64,000 nucleotides of DNA from an uncultured Acidobacteriota bacterium (lineage in GTDB: Bacteria > Acidobacteriota > Thermoanaerobaculia > UBA5066 > DATFVB01). Position 1 is the stretch's first letter. Each line of letters starts with the position of its first letter. The notes beneath the pieces were generated by a model that was not told the origin of the DNA, did not search any database, and saw nothing but the letters and a program-made list of their open reading frames with translations. Shown piece by piece: positions 29,893-45,568 of the stretch. The stretch covers positions 32,001 through 96,000 of the forward strand of contig CAWEYG010000001.1 of the NCBI GenBank assembly GCA_963813155.1, read 5' to 3'. Both the position numbers and the translations under genes were made by a program.

Positions 29893-30756
29893 GTGGACTG
29901 GCCCTCGCTGCTCGCGGACCGCCCCCTGCCCCTCGTCATGGGGATCGTGAACGTCACGCCCGACTCGTTCTCCGACGGCGGCCGGTTTTTCGCCGCCGAC
30001 GCCGCAGTCGAGCACGGGCTGCGGCTCGCCGCCGAGGGCGCCGACATCCTCGACATCGGCGGCGAATCGACGCGACCGCCCCGCTACGGCGCCGCCGAGG
30101 AGGTCCCCGCCCCGGAGGAGCTCCGGCGCGTCCTGCCGGTCATCGAAAAACTCGCTACGCGCGTCGGAATCCCGATCTCGATCGACTCGCGCAAAGCCGC
30201 CGTTGCCCGCGCCGCGCTCTCGGCGGGCGCCTCGATCGTCAACGACGTCACGGCGCTCCGGCACGACCCGGAGATGTCCGCGGTCGCCGCCTCGTCTGGC
30301 GCGTGCGTCATCCTGATGCACATGCGGGGGACCGATCCGGCCACGATGCAGTCGGACCTCGCCTATGGCGACCTGATCGGGGAGGTGCGAAGTTTTCTCG
30401 CGCATTCCGCCGCGGAGGCCGTCCGGAAGGGAATCGCGCCGCAGCGGATCGCGCTCGATCCGGGCCTGGGATTCAGCAAAAACGCTGCGCAGAGCGCGGC
30501 GCTGCTCCGCGAGATCGAATCGATCCGCGGCCTCGGTTATCCCGTCGTCGTCGGGGCCTCGAGGAAGAATTTCGCGAGGACCCTTTCGGGCGCGCCCGAG
30601 GAGGGACCCGTCGCGACCCGGCTGCCCGGCTCGCTCGCGTGCGCCGGCTTCGCCGCCCGGCACGGCGCCGCGATTCTGCGCGTCCATGACGTCGCCGAGA
30701 CCGTCGCGTACCTGAAAATGTCACGGGCGATCGAGAACGTTACAATGGGGCGATGA
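29893..30756 (+). CDS. folP: Dihydropteroate synthase
   Basis: MGIVNVTPDSFSDGG, GGESTRP, DPGLGF, SRK, RVHDV. Confidence 0.95.
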   Translation: MDWPSLLADRPLPLVMGIVNVTPDSFSDGGRFFAADAAVEHGLRLAAEGADILDIGGESTRPPRYGAAEEVPAPEELRRVLPVIEKLATRVGIPISIDSRKAAVARAALSAGASIVNDVTALRHDPEMSAVAASSGACVILMHMRGTDPATMQSDLAYGDLIGEVRSFLAHSAAEAVRKGIAPQRIALDPGLGFSKNAAQSAALLREIESIRGLGYPVVVGASRKNFARTLSGAPEEGPVATRLPGSLACAGFAARHGAAILRVHDVAETVAYLKMSRAIENVTMGR

Positions 30757-31553
30757 CGGCCGCCGGCTCGATTCCGATGTTTCTTCTCGGCCACTATCAC
30801 CTCACGTGGCGAGACGCCCTGGACATCGCGATCGTCGCGATCGTCATCTACAACCTCTTCCTGCTCGTCCGCGGAACGAGGGCGATCCAGATGATCCTCG
30901 GCCTGCTCGTGATTCTCACGGTCTACTGGATCGCGGTTTTCCTGAAGTTGCCGACCCTCCGCGGCGTTCTCAAGGAAGTCCTGTTCTACCTGCCGCTCGC
31001 GATCATCGTCCTGTTCGCCGCCGAGATCCGCAAGGCGCTCCAGCAGTTCGGCCGAAATCCCTTCCTGGCCTTCGTGTCCGGCTCGGACTCCCAGGACGTC
31101 GTCTCCGACGTCGTTCTCGCGGCGACTTCGTTGTCCGCCAAGCGCATCGGAGCGCTGATCGCGCTCGAACGACGGGACGGCCTGAAGACGTACATCGAGA
31201 ACGGCGTTCGTCTCGACTCCGCCATCTCGTACGAGCTGCTCGTCAACATCTTCGTTCCGGGAACGCCGTTGCACGACGGCGCCGTGATCGTCTCGGGGAA
31301 TCGGGTCGCTTCCGCGTCGTCGTTCCTTCCTCTCACCCAGCGGACGGGCCTGCCGAAGGAATACGGGACCCGGCACCGGGCGGCGATCGGGCTCTCCGAG
31401 GAAACCGACGCCGTCGTCGTCGTGATCTCCGAGGAGCGCGGAAGCATCTCGCTCGCGCGCGACGGACTGCTCACGGACGGCCTGGACGGGAAGTCGCTTC
31501 GCGAAGCGCTCGCGCACCTCGCCTCCCGCGCCCCCGAGGTCGCCCCGGCATGA
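30753..31553 (+). CDS. cdaA: Diadenylate cyclase CdaA
   Basis: Three TMs, PLHDGA and GTRHRAA DAC motifs. Confidence 0.95.
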   Translation: MTAAGSIPMFLLGHYHLTWRDALDIAIVAIVIYNLFLLVRGTRAIQMILGLLVILTVYWIAVFLKLPTLRGVLKEVLFYLPLAIIVLFAAEIRKALQQFGRNPFLAFVSGSDSQDVVSDVVLAATSLSAKRIGALIALERRDGLKTYIENGVRLDSAISYELLVNIFVPGTPLHDGAVIVSGNRVASASSFLPLTQRTGLPKEYGTRHRAAIGLSEETDAVVVVISEERGSISLARDGLLTDGLDGKSLREALAHLASRAPEVAPA

Positions 31554-32194
31554 AACGCTGGCTCCTGCAGAACCTCGGCTGGAAATTGCTCGCGCTCGCA
31601 CTTTCGGTCTTCCTGTGGTTCTCGCTGTCGGGCCAGCGGCGCGAACGGGTGTCCGAGCGCGGATACGTGATCCCGCTGACGGTCGTCAACGTCCCGCCCC
31701 AGATGGTGATCGCTTCGAGCATTCCGGATTCTGTCGACGTTCGCCTCAAGGGCCCGTTCACGTCCATCCGGCTCGCCGACCCCTCGAAAATGGAAGCCGT
31801 CATGGACCTCTCCGGCGGCGAGCCGGGAGAGCGCATCTACAAGCTCTCCGGCGACGACATCAACGCCCCGGAGGACCTCGAGGTGATCGGCATCTCGCCC
31901 AGCGCCGTTCGACTCCAGCTCCAGAAGCTCGCCGAGCGAACGGTCGCGATCGTTCCACGGCTTCAGCCGCCGTCCCCGGACGCCTTCGTCGGAGTCGAGC
32001 CTCCCCGCGCGAGGATCGCGGGGCCGGAAAACGAGGTCTCGCGGATTTCGATGGTCGCGACGGATCCGATCTCGCTCGCGGGGCGGCCCTCGGACTTCAC
32101 GACGCCCGCGACGCTCGTCGCCGAGCCGAACATCCGGATCCTCGAGCCGAAGGGAATCGTGTCGGTGCACGTCCGCCGGAAAAGAACGGAATGA
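31550..32194 (+). CDS. cdaR: CdaR/YbbR-like regulator
   Basis: N-terminal TM (KLLALALSVFLW), YbbR-like beta domains, located between cdaA and glmM. Confidence 0.85.
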   Translation: MKRWLLQNLGWKLLALALSVFLWFSLSGQRRERVSERGYVIPLTVVNVPPQMVIASSIPDSVDVRLKGPFTSIRLADPSKMEAVMDLSGGEPGERIYKLSGDDINAPEDLEVIGISPSAVRLQLQKLAERTVAIVPRLQPPSPDAFVGVEPPRARIAGPENEVSRISMVATDPISLAGRPSDFTTPATLVAEPNIRILEPKGIVSVHVRRKRTE

Positions 32195-33520
32195 GGCTGT
32201 TCGGGACCGACGGCATCCGCGGCGAGGCCGGGCGGTTTCCCCTCGACGATCCGACGATCTTCCGGGTCGGCCAGCCTGCTCGCTTCCGAGCTCCGGGACA
32301 ATCGGAGGGTGATCGTGGGCGGCGACACCCGCGAAAGCACGCCTGGGCTCGTCGCGGCGATCTCGGCCGGCCTCTCGGCGGGAAGAGCCTCCGTCGAGAA
32401 CGCGGGCACCGTTCCGACGCCCGCCGTCGCGGATCTCGTCCTGGAGCGCAAGGCGGCGGCGGGAATCTCGATTTCCGCCTCCCACAATCCCTGGCGGGAC
32501 AACGGCGTCAAGATCTTCGCGGAGGACGGACGAAAGTGGCCGGACGACGGGGAGCGGGAAATCGAAGCGGGACTCGCGGGCGCCGCCGAAGCCCTGCCGC
32601 CGCCCCCGTGGAGCGCGCCGGCCGTCGACCCCTCGCTCGCCGCCCTCGCGCTTCGGCAACTCGCCTCCGCGGCTCCCGGCGGCCTGCCGGGATTTCCCGT
32701 CCTTCTCGACTGCGGCAACGGCGCGGCATTCGACCTCGGGCCGAGCGCCTTTCGCGCCGCCGGCGCCCGTGTCGAAGCGATCGCCGCCGAGCCGGACGGC
32801 CGGAACATCAACGAGAATTGCGGGGCACTCCATCCGGAGAACCTGGCGTCTCGCGTGACCGGGTCCGGCGCCCGGATGGGAGCCGCGTTCGACGGCGACG
32901 CCGATCGCGCGATCCTGTGCGACGAGAAAGGCCGCATTCTCGACGGCGACGACGTCCTCTGGATCCTCGCGCGGAACGAAAAGCGCGCCGGGCGCCTCGA
33001 TCCTCCCGTCGTCGTGGGAACCGTCCTGACGAATTTCGGGCTCGAAACCGCGCTTGCGGGCGAAGGGATCGCGCTCGAGCGCACGCCGGTCGGCGACCGG
33101 AACGTCGTGCGCCGAATGCAGGAGACAGGGGCCTGGCTCGGCGGGGAGCCGTCGGGCCACGTCATTCAGACCCGGCTCTCCCCCACCGGCGACGGCATCC
33201 GGACGGCGCTTTCGATCGCCGCGATCGTCCTTCGATCCGGCGCCGAGCTCTCGCGGCTCGCGGACCTCGTCAAGACCCCCCAGGTGCAAAGGAACGTCCG
33301 CGTCGCGCGGCGCGTGCCGCTCGACGAAATCGCGATTCTCGCGTCGGAGGTCGCGCGCGCGGAGCAGGAGCTCGCCGGCCGCGGCCGGGTGCTGCTGCGC
33401 TACTCCGGCACGGAGCCCCTCCTCCGCGTGATGGTCGAAGGAGAAGACGCGGCCCAGGTTTCGGCCAGCGCGGCGCGCCTCTGCGAGGTCGCGGAGCGGG
33501 AGCTCGGGGTTCGGAGCTAG
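32191..33520 (+). CDS. glmM: Phosphoglucosamine mutase (frameshift near 32271)
   Basis: LFGTDGIRG; second frame ISASHNP, FDGDADR, GGEPSGH, RYSGTEP. Confidence 0.93.
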
Positions 33521-33533
33521 GTCCCGCCCCGTT

Positions 33534-34221
33534 CTAGGTTTCCCGGAAAATCGTGTCGTGCGGCTTCGAGCGCTCGCTCTCGGGGCGGCCGTTCGAGTAG
33601 TAGTAGAACGACACGGATTTTCGCGACGTCCCCGGCCGGGCACGCCAGGGGCGCGGGTGGCCGTGGAACGAAAAATCCGTCGTCGAGAACACGACGGTGC
33701 GGTTGAAGACCGGAAGGATCTTCTGCACGCAGCGCGTCATGTCCCGGTCCCACAGCTCCAGGTGCCCCCCGTATTCTTCCTTCCAGTCCCGGTTCAGGTA
33801 GACGAGCAGCGTTCAATCGCCGGTCGAGCTGGAGGATCGGGTGCCAGTTGAAATCGCTGTGGACCTTCAGAAATCCTCCCGGCAGGATCTGGTGGGGGCC
33901 GCCTCCCCCGAAATACGGATCGGGGATCAGCCCCGAGATTCCCGTCAGCTTCTCGAGGAACTCGAGCACGCGCCACGAGTTCATGAATTCCATGAACGCC
34001 CGGATGCGCGGCCCGACGACGCTCGTGCGGTGGTCATAGCCGAGCTTCTTCTCCTCGGCGTTGTCGAACGACCTCCAGCCAGGCTCCTCGGCCGAGGGAA
34101 ACTCCGCGAGAACGCCATCCAACTCCGAATCGGGAAACAGCCCGTCCAGGACGATGTGCGGGAACGGCTCGGCCGAGACGTATCGACTCCGAAGCGTGCT
34201 CGGATCGGCGAGAAGCCTCAA
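33534..34221 (-). CDS. 2OG-Fe(II) oxygenase (frameshift near 33810; probable compensating indels near 33650)
   Basis: PFPH, DPYFGGG, HSDFN, FNR, HGHP, RKS motifs across two frames. Confidence 0.85.
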
Positions 34222-34236
34222 CTCCGGCGGCGCGCC

Positions 34237-34455
34237 CTAGCGCTCGATCACGTCGGAGAGCGTGCCCGTCTCGTCTTCCGGTTCGTTGAAGATGAGGCCG
34301 GTCTGGGAGATCGGCGCGAAGACCGTGTGCTGGCGGCCGGAGAATTCCATCCACAGCTCGTAGTAGCCGTTCGGAAGGATCGCGACGAGTGTCGCGGGCT
34401 TGTTCTTGATCTCCATCGCGGGCGAAAAGACGATGACCTTCGAGGGCAAGTCCAT
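34237..34455 (-). CDS. Small hypothetical protein (72 aa)
   Basis: GAAGGAGG RBS, coding-like codon usage, beta-rich sequence. Confidence 0.75.
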   Translation of the reverse strand: MDLPSKVIVFSPAMEIKNKPATLVAILPNGYYELWMEFSGRQHTVFAPISQTGLIFNEPEDETGTLSDVIER

Positions 34456-34477
34456 GGGGATTCCTCCTTCGCCCTCG

Positions 34478-39813
<5,336 letters not shown>

Positions 39814-39817
<4 letters not shown>

Positions 39818-40788
39818 ACGCCTTCTGGAGCGGGCTCAACGCCTCCGTCCGCCGTCCCCACTTCGCGATCGCGGTGTGGCTCGTGGAGGCCGGGCTGGCT
39901 GCCGTGCTCGCGCTCCCAATCTCGAACTTCCTGCACGCGGAATTGAATCACTCGACCGAGCGCGGAGGGATGATCTCTTCACCGAACCTCGCCTGGTGGC
40001 AGGCGGAACGGCGCGAGCATCCCGATCTCGCGGGAAACTTCCCCGAGGCGGCGCTCTCGCTCGTTTCACCGGGCGGGGCCGCGGGCTTCTCCTCCTTCAC
40101 CGGGACGAAGGGAATCGCGGCCACGTTTCTCGGCCTCGGCATCCTCGGGGTCGTTTTCCATGCGTTCCTTCTCGGCGGGATTTTCGGGAGCCTGCACGAC
40201 GAGCAGGGAAACAATCTCGCGATCTTCGCGCGGGAGGGCGCTCGCCGGCTCCCCGCTTTTCTGATCGTGACGATCCTCGCGGCCTCGCTGTGCGCGGGGC
40301 TGTATCACTCCGTCTACTACCTGAGCGGGCGCGCGCTCCGCGCTTTTTCCCTGGATCTCCCCGCCGAAGGAAAAGCGCTCGCGTTCGTCGCCCTGCGCGT
40401 GGCGGCCCTGTTCGCCTGCCTGACGGTCGTCAAGATCGCCGCCGACGCGATCCGCGTCGCGCTCGTCGAGAGGCCCGATCTTCCGCCCGTGACCCGCTAC
40501 ATCGTCGGAATCGGGTCCGCGCTCGGGAGGCTTCCGTCGATCGTCGCCACGCTCGCGCTCGCGACGCTCTCGACGGGATTGCTCTTCTTCCTCTGGTCGC
40601 GGCTCTCGGTGAATTCCGCGGCGACGACGACCGGCGGCGTCGTGCTCCTCGTCGCGGCCCAGCAGGTCTTCGTCTTCCTCCGGTCCATTCTCAAGGTCGG
40701 CTACTACGCCGGCCTGCGGGACACGATTCTCCGGCGCTCGGGTGCGGCGCCCGCCCCGGCCCCCGGCGCGGCGAGGATCGAAGAATGA
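39814..40788 (+). CDS. Polytopic membrane protein
   Basis: About 6 hydrophobic segments; GTGA coupling to the upstream gene. Confidence 0.8.
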
Positions 40789-41495
40789 AATCGCCCCTCT
40801 CGGGGAAGACGGCGCTCGTCACGGGAGCCTCTTCCGGTCTCGGCCGGGCGCTCGCGCTCGAGCTCTCCGGCCGCGGCGTGAACGTGTTCCTCGTCGCCCG
40901 GAGGGAGCCCGAGCTGCGATCCGCGGCGGAGGAAATTCGCGCGGCGGGAGGCCAGGCCGAGTTCTATGCGTGCGACCTGAGATCCCTCCCGGCCGTGTTC
41001 GACCTCGTCGACATCGCTCTCTCGCGGCTGAAGAGGCTCGACATCCTCGTCAACAATGCCGGCGTGGGCTTCCAGGCCCCGCTTCTCGGAACGAAGCGCT
41101 CGCAGATCGCGGAGGCGATCGAGACCAACCTTTGCGCTCCGATCTACCTCACGCAGGCGGCGCTTCCCGCGCTCCTTCGCGCGGTCCCGTCGGAGATCGT
41201 CAACGTCGCCGCGCTGACGGGCCTCCACGCCTCGGCCGAAGCGACGGTTTTTTGCGCGACGAAATTCGGGCTCGTCGGATTCTCGCGAGCCCTCGCGATG
41301 GAGCTCCAGCCCGCCGGGATTCGCGTCACGACGTTTTGCCCCGGCTCGATCGACACGCCGATGCTCGACAATTTTTCCGCGCGGCCGGGGCCCGAGGGCC
41401 GGCTCGCGCCGGCCGAGGCGGCGAAAATCATCGCTCAAGCTCTCGAGACGCCTCCGGGAATCCTGCACGGCGAGATCGCGATCCGCCACCAATGA
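40785..41495 (+). CDS. SDR-family oxidoreductase-like protein with atypical active site
   Basis: TGASSGLG, NNAG; YxxxK position reads FCATK. Confidence 0.85.
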   Translation: MKSPLSGKTALVTGASSGLGRALALELSGRGVNVFLVARREPELRSAAEEIRAAGGQAEFYACDLRSLPAVFDLVDIALSRLKRLDILVNNAGVGFQAPLLGTKRSQIAEAIETNLCAPIYLTQAALPALLRAVPSEIVNVAALTGLHASAEATVFCATKFGLVGFSRALAMELQPAGIRVTTFCPGSIDTPMLDNFSARPGPEGRLAPAEAAKIIAQALETPPGILHGEIAIRHQ

Positions 41496-42172
41496 AGACC
41501 ATCCTGATCGCGGACGACCTCCCCGCCCATCTCGACCTCTTCGAAGTCATCCTCCAGCGAGCGGACTGCCGCCTGCTTCGGGCGGAGGACGGCGTTGCCG
41601 CCCTCCGGCTCGCGCGCGAGGAAACGCCGGACCTCGTCTTTCTCGACATCGAAATGCCGGGCATGAACGGCGGAGAGGTCTGCCGTGTGATCAAGGCCGA
41701 CCCCCGGTCAAAATCGGTACCGGTCGTTCTCGTGTCCTCCCACGACGGGGCGGAAATCGCGCAGAAATGCGGCGCCGACCAGTTCCTGCCAAAGCCCGTC
41801 GAGGAACCGGTGCTGCTCGGAACGCTCGAGAAATACCTCCAGCTCCACGCGCGGGGCGAAGACCGCCTCGCGGTCGAATGGCCGATCGCCTTCTGGCGAG
41901 AGGGAAACTCGCACCACGGCCGCATGCTCGACATCTCGCGCACGGGATTCTTCCTCGAGGCTTCGCCGCCGCAGTCGATCGGGGCGCGGCTCGCGATCTC
42001 GTTCGCGCTCCCGGAGGGCGCCGACGGGGGCCGGGGCTTCGTGGGCGAAGCGATCGTGGTTCGTTGGGAGGACGCCGTCCGGCGCGGAATGGGATGCCGG
42101 TTCTTCCGGACGACGCAGACCGGACAGTCCGCGATCGAACGCTACTTCGCTTCGCTCCCCGCCGAGTCCTGA
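41492..42172 (+). CDS. Receiver-PilZ protein
   Basis: REC (IADD, FLDIEMP, KP); PilZ RGEDR and DISRTG motifs. Confidence 0.88.
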   Translation: MKTILIADDLPAHLDLFEVILQRADCRLLRAEDGVAALRLAREETPDLVFLDIEMPGMNGGEVCRVIKADPRSKSVPVVLVSSHDGAEIAQKCGADQFLPKPVEEPVLLGTLEKYLQLHARGEDRLAVEWPIAFWREGNSHHGRMLDISRTGFFLEASPPQSIGARLAISFALPEGADGGRGFVGEAIVVRWEDAVRRGMGCRFFRTTQTGQSAIERYFASLPAES

Positions 42173-42588
42173 AGGGAAACCAGCTCGATGCCGGCATCGC
42201 GAGCGACGCGGAGCGACCGCTCGTCGCGATAGAACTCCCCGTAGTAGATCTTCCGGATCCCCCCGTTCGCAATGAGCTTGAAGCAGCCCCAGCAGGGCGA
42301 AGCCGTCGTGTAGATCTCGGCGCCGGCGATCCGGACGCCGTTCTTCGCCGCCTGCAGGATCGCGTTCGCCTCCGCGTGGACGGTCGCGACGCAGTGTCCG
42401 TCTTCCATCATGCACCCGACGTCCTCGCAATGCGGCAGGCCGGGAAGCGAACCGTTGTAGCCTGTCGACAGAATGGTCCGGTCGCGAACGATCACCGCGC
42501 CGACGTGCTTGCGCGGACACGTCGACCGGGTCGCCGCCTGTCGGGCGATGTTCATGAAGTAGGTGTTCCAATCCACGCGAGTCGTCAT
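42142..42588 (-). CDS. dCMP deaminase/ComEB family protein
   Basis: RSTC, TGYNG, HAEANA, PCWGC. Confidence 0.92.
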   Translation of the reverse strand: MTTRVDWNTYFMNIARQAATRSTCPRKHVGAVIVRDRTILSTGYNGSLPGLPHCEDVGCMMEDGHCVATVHAEANAILQAAKNGVRIAGAEIYTTASPCWGCFKLIANGGIRKIYYGEFYRDERSLRVARDAGIELVSLQDSAGSEAK

Positions 42589-42628
42589 CGAAAAAAGCTC
42601 TCGCCTCCTCGGTTATGATGGAAATTAT

Positions 42629-43855
42629 ATGTTGGACAGGCGCGTCGTCGTGACGGGACTGGGAGCCGTGACGTCCATCGGCGCGGACCTGGAATCCACC
42701 TGGAAGGCCCTCGTCGAGGGGAAGTGCGGCATCGGACCGCTCACGCTCTTCGATCCCGCGCTGTACCGAACGCAGACGGCCGCGGAAGTGAAACAGATCC
42801 GCGACGACTTTATCGCGCCGGCGGTTCGGCGGCGGATGTCGCGAGCGGACCGGATCGGAATCATTGCGGCGCGGGAAGCGCTCGCGAGCTCCGGAATCGA
42901 CGTCTCCGCGGAAGACCCGCACCGGATCGGGGTCATCCTCGGCGGGGGCGTTTCGGGGCTGCTCGACTCCGAGGCGAACTACGGCGAGCTGCTCCGGGGA
43001 AAAAAACCCCGCCCGTCCCGGTTCCTGAACCATCAACCGGACGCGATCACCGATCGCATCTCGCAGTTCTTCGGCCTTCGGGGCATCAAGTCCACGATCA
43101 CCACCGCGTGCTCCTCCTCCGCGGTGTCGATGGGATACGCGTTCGACGCGATCCGCATGGGCCTGGCGGACGTCGTCCTGACCGGGGGATCGGATGTCCT
43201 CGCGCGGCTCACGTACGCGGGCTTCAATTCCCTGCGCTCCGTGGACCCGGAGCCCTGCCGTCCGTTCGACCGGAACCGCAAGGGCCTGTCGATCGGAGAG
43301 GCGGCGGGGATTCTCGTGTTCGAGGAGGCGGGGCGAGCCCGCCGCCGGGGCGCGCCGATCCTCGCGGAATTCCGGGGCTACGGGGTCACCTCCGACTCGT
43401 ACCACATGACGGCCCCGGAGCCGTCCGGGCGGGCCGGCGCGAGAACCATCGCGGCGGCGCTTCGATCCGCGCGCCTCGACCCGTCGCAGATCGATTACAT
43501 CAACGCGCACGGCACCGCGACGCCGGCCAACGACTCGGCCGAGAGCGCCGCGATCAAAGTCGCCCTCGGAGAACGCGCGAGGAAAATTCCGGTCTCCTCC
43601 ACGAAATCGATGCTCGGGCATACGCTGTGCGCGGCCGGAGGCATCGAGGGCGTGATCTCGGTTCTCGCGATTCGCGACGGCATCGCGCCCCCCACGATTC
43701 ACCTGGAGGAGCCCGATCCGGAGTGCGACCTCGACTACGTTTCCTCCGGCGCGCGAAATCTCGAGATCCGGGCCGTGCTGTCGAACTCGTTCGCCTTCGG
43801 GGGCAACAGCGCCGTCGTCGCGTTCTCGCGGTTCGAATCCGGATCTCACGCTTGA
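42629..43855 (+). CDS. Beta-ketoacyl-ACP synthase (FabF-like ketosynthase)
   Basis: TACSSS, NAHGT, KSMLGH catalytic triad, SNSFAFGG. Confidence 0.92.
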   Translation: MLDRRVVVTGLGAVTSIGADLESTWKALVEGKCGIGPLTLFDPALYRTQTAAEVKQIRDDFIAPAVRRRMSRADRIGIIAAREALASSGIDVSAEDPHRIGVILGGGVSGLLDSEANYGELLRGKKPRPSRFLNHQPDAITDRISQFFGLRGIKSTITTACSSSAVSMGYAFDAIRMGLADVVLTGGSDVLARLTYAGFNSLRSVDPEPCRPFDRNRKGLSIGEAAGILVFEEAGRARRRGAPILAEFRGYGVTSDSYHMTAPEPSGRAGARTIAAALRSARLDPSQIDYINAHGTATPANDSAESAAIKVALGERARKIPVSSTKSMLGHTLCAAGGIEGVISVLAIRDGIAPPTIHLEEPDPECDLDYVSSGARNLEIRAVLSNSFAFGGNSAVVAFSRFESGSHA

Positions 43856-44952
43856 CGGCCGTCGTCACCGGCATCGGCGCGGTCTCGAGCCTGGGGCGCG
43901 GGGTCGACGCCTTCTTTCGGCGCCTCCGGGCGGGAGACTGCGCGATCCGGCCGTTCCTGCCGGACGAGCACCCGGGGATCGAGGCGGAAGGCGTCGCGCG
44001 CGTGGACGGCTGGACGCCCCAGCCGGAGATTCCGGCCGGAAGAGCCCGGCGGATGGACCGGGGATCGCAATTCGCGGTCGTCGCGAGCCTCGAGGCCGTG
44101 CGCGACGCAAACTATTCCCTCGAAGAGCGCCCGGACCGGCTGGGAATCGCGCTCGGCACGGGGTCGGCGGGATCCGGCGCGTTGACCGAGTTCATTCGTG
44201 TGCTCTTCGTGGAGTCCCCCGAAGCCGCGCCGCCATTTCATTTTCCGAACACGATCGCCAACGGACCGGCGTCGCAGGTCTCGCTCGAGCTCAAGTTCCT
44301 GGGACCCAACGCCACGATCACCCAAAAGGACCCTTCCGCGTTGAACGCCGCGATCTACGCGGTCGGCTGTCTGGAAGACGGCCGCGCGGACGCGATGCTC
44401 GCGGGAGGCGTCGACGAATGGAACGCGGTTTACTCGCTCGCGATGGGACAGATGCGCGCGCTTCGAGGCCCCGGCATGCGCTCGGGGATCGTGCAGGGGG
44501 AAGGGTGCTACGTCGCGCTCCTGGAGACCGAAGAGGGCGCGAGTGCTCGCGGCGCGAGGATCCGGGCGCGGCTCACCGGCTTCGGGTTCGCCGGCTCCCC
44601 GTCGCCGCCCTACGCCTACGCGCCCGACGCGGGCGCGGCCGAAAGGGCGATGCGCGACGCGCTGGATCGGGCCGGATGGGAGGCCTCCTCGGTGGATCTC
44701 GTCCTCGCCACGCGCAACGGCAGAATCGAGATGGACGAAATCGAATGCCGCGTCCTCGACCGGCTGTTCGGAGGACGGATCCCCGAGACGGTCGCCGTGA
44801 AGGCCCAGATCGGCGAAATGGCCGCCGCGGGCGGCGCCCAGATCGTCGCGGCCTGCCGCCTGTTCGCCGAGGACGGCGGACCGCGGCGGGCCCTCGTCAA
44901 CTCCTTCGGGGCCGGCGGAAACTTCATTTCTCTCGTGCTGGAGCGCGGATGA
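43852..44952 (+). CDS. Catalytically inactive ketosynthase homolog (chain-length-factor-like)
   Basis: VVTGIG, FPNTIAN, GEG, NSFGAGGN retained; Cys site reads TQKDPSA, His sites absent. Confidence 0.82.
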   Translation: MTAVVTGIGAVSSLGRGVDAFFRRLRAGDCAIRPFLPDEHPGIEAEGVARVDGWTPQPEIPAGRARRMDRGSQFAVVASLEAVRDANYSLEERPDRLGIALGTGSAGSGALTEFIRVLFVESPEAAPPFHFPNTIANGPASQVSLELKFLGPNATITQKDPSALNAAIYAVGCLEDGRADAMLAGGVDEWNAVYSLAMGQMRALRGPGMRSGIVQGEGCYVALLETEEGASARGARIRARLTGFGFAGSPSPPYAYAPDAGAAERAMRDALDRAGWEASSVDLVLATRNGRIEMDEIECRVLDRLFGGRIPETVAVKAQIGEMAAAGGAQIVAACRLFAEDGGPRRALVNSFGAGGNFISLVLERG

Positions 44953-45413
44953 GCGGAGTCCGCGCCCGCGAGGTTCTCGAAGGCTTTCGAATGGAGATCC
45001 CCGTGCGGTTCTCCGAGTGCGATCTCTACGGCGTCGTGTGGCACGGGCGTTACGCCGTGTACCTCGAGGAGATCCGGAACGCGGTCTGCGCGAAATACGG
45101 CTGGAGCGTCGCGACGGCCCGGGAGCGCGGCTACCTCGTCCCCGTCACCCGCATGGAAATTCTCTACCGCTCGCCTGCGCGCCTCGATTCGAAGGTCGCG
45201 GTCACCGCGCGCCTCCGCGCTGCGTCCGTCGCGAGGATCGTCTTCGATTACCAGGTTCGCGACCGCACCGGCCGACTGCTGACCGAGGCGGTCACCGAAC
45301 AGGTCGTCACGCGCGAAGACGGCGAGCTCCTCGTCTCGCTGCCGGAACCGATTCGCGCTCTCCTCGACCAGATCCTTCGCGGCCAGGACGACCCGGCGCA
45401 GCGCGAACTGTAG
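44949..45413 (+). CDS. Hot-dog fold acyl-thioesterase (4HBT/YbgC family)
   Basis: VRFSECDLYGVVWHGRY..YLE. Confidence 0.88.
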   Translation: MSGVRAREVLEGFRMEIPVRFSECDLYGVVWHGRYAVYLEEIRNAVCAKYGWSVATARERGYLVPVTRMEILYRSPARLDSKVAVTARLRAASVARIVFDYQVRDRTGRLLTEAVTEQVVTREDGELLVSLPEPIRALLDQILRGQDDPAQREL

Positions 45414-45418
45414 GAGAA

Positions 45419-45561
45419 CTCGCTCGCCGAACCTCGCGGCTCAGCCCCAGCGCCAGCTCGGCAAGTTCTTCGACCCTCGGCCGCAGTTCGCTTTCCCTCG
45501 GGATCTCAGAGACCAGCCTGCGCCGACGCGTTAGCCCCGGCCGCTCGGCCGGCTTCGCTCG
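45419..45561. repeat. Structured intergenic repeat, copy 2
   Basis: Homologous to 29708-29848; lies between convergent genes. Confidence 0.85.
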
Positions 45562-45568
45562 GGCGCAG

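Noticed and set aside
29893-33520. folP-cdaA-cdaR-glmM as a novel system
   Set aside because: This is a well-known conserved arrangement.
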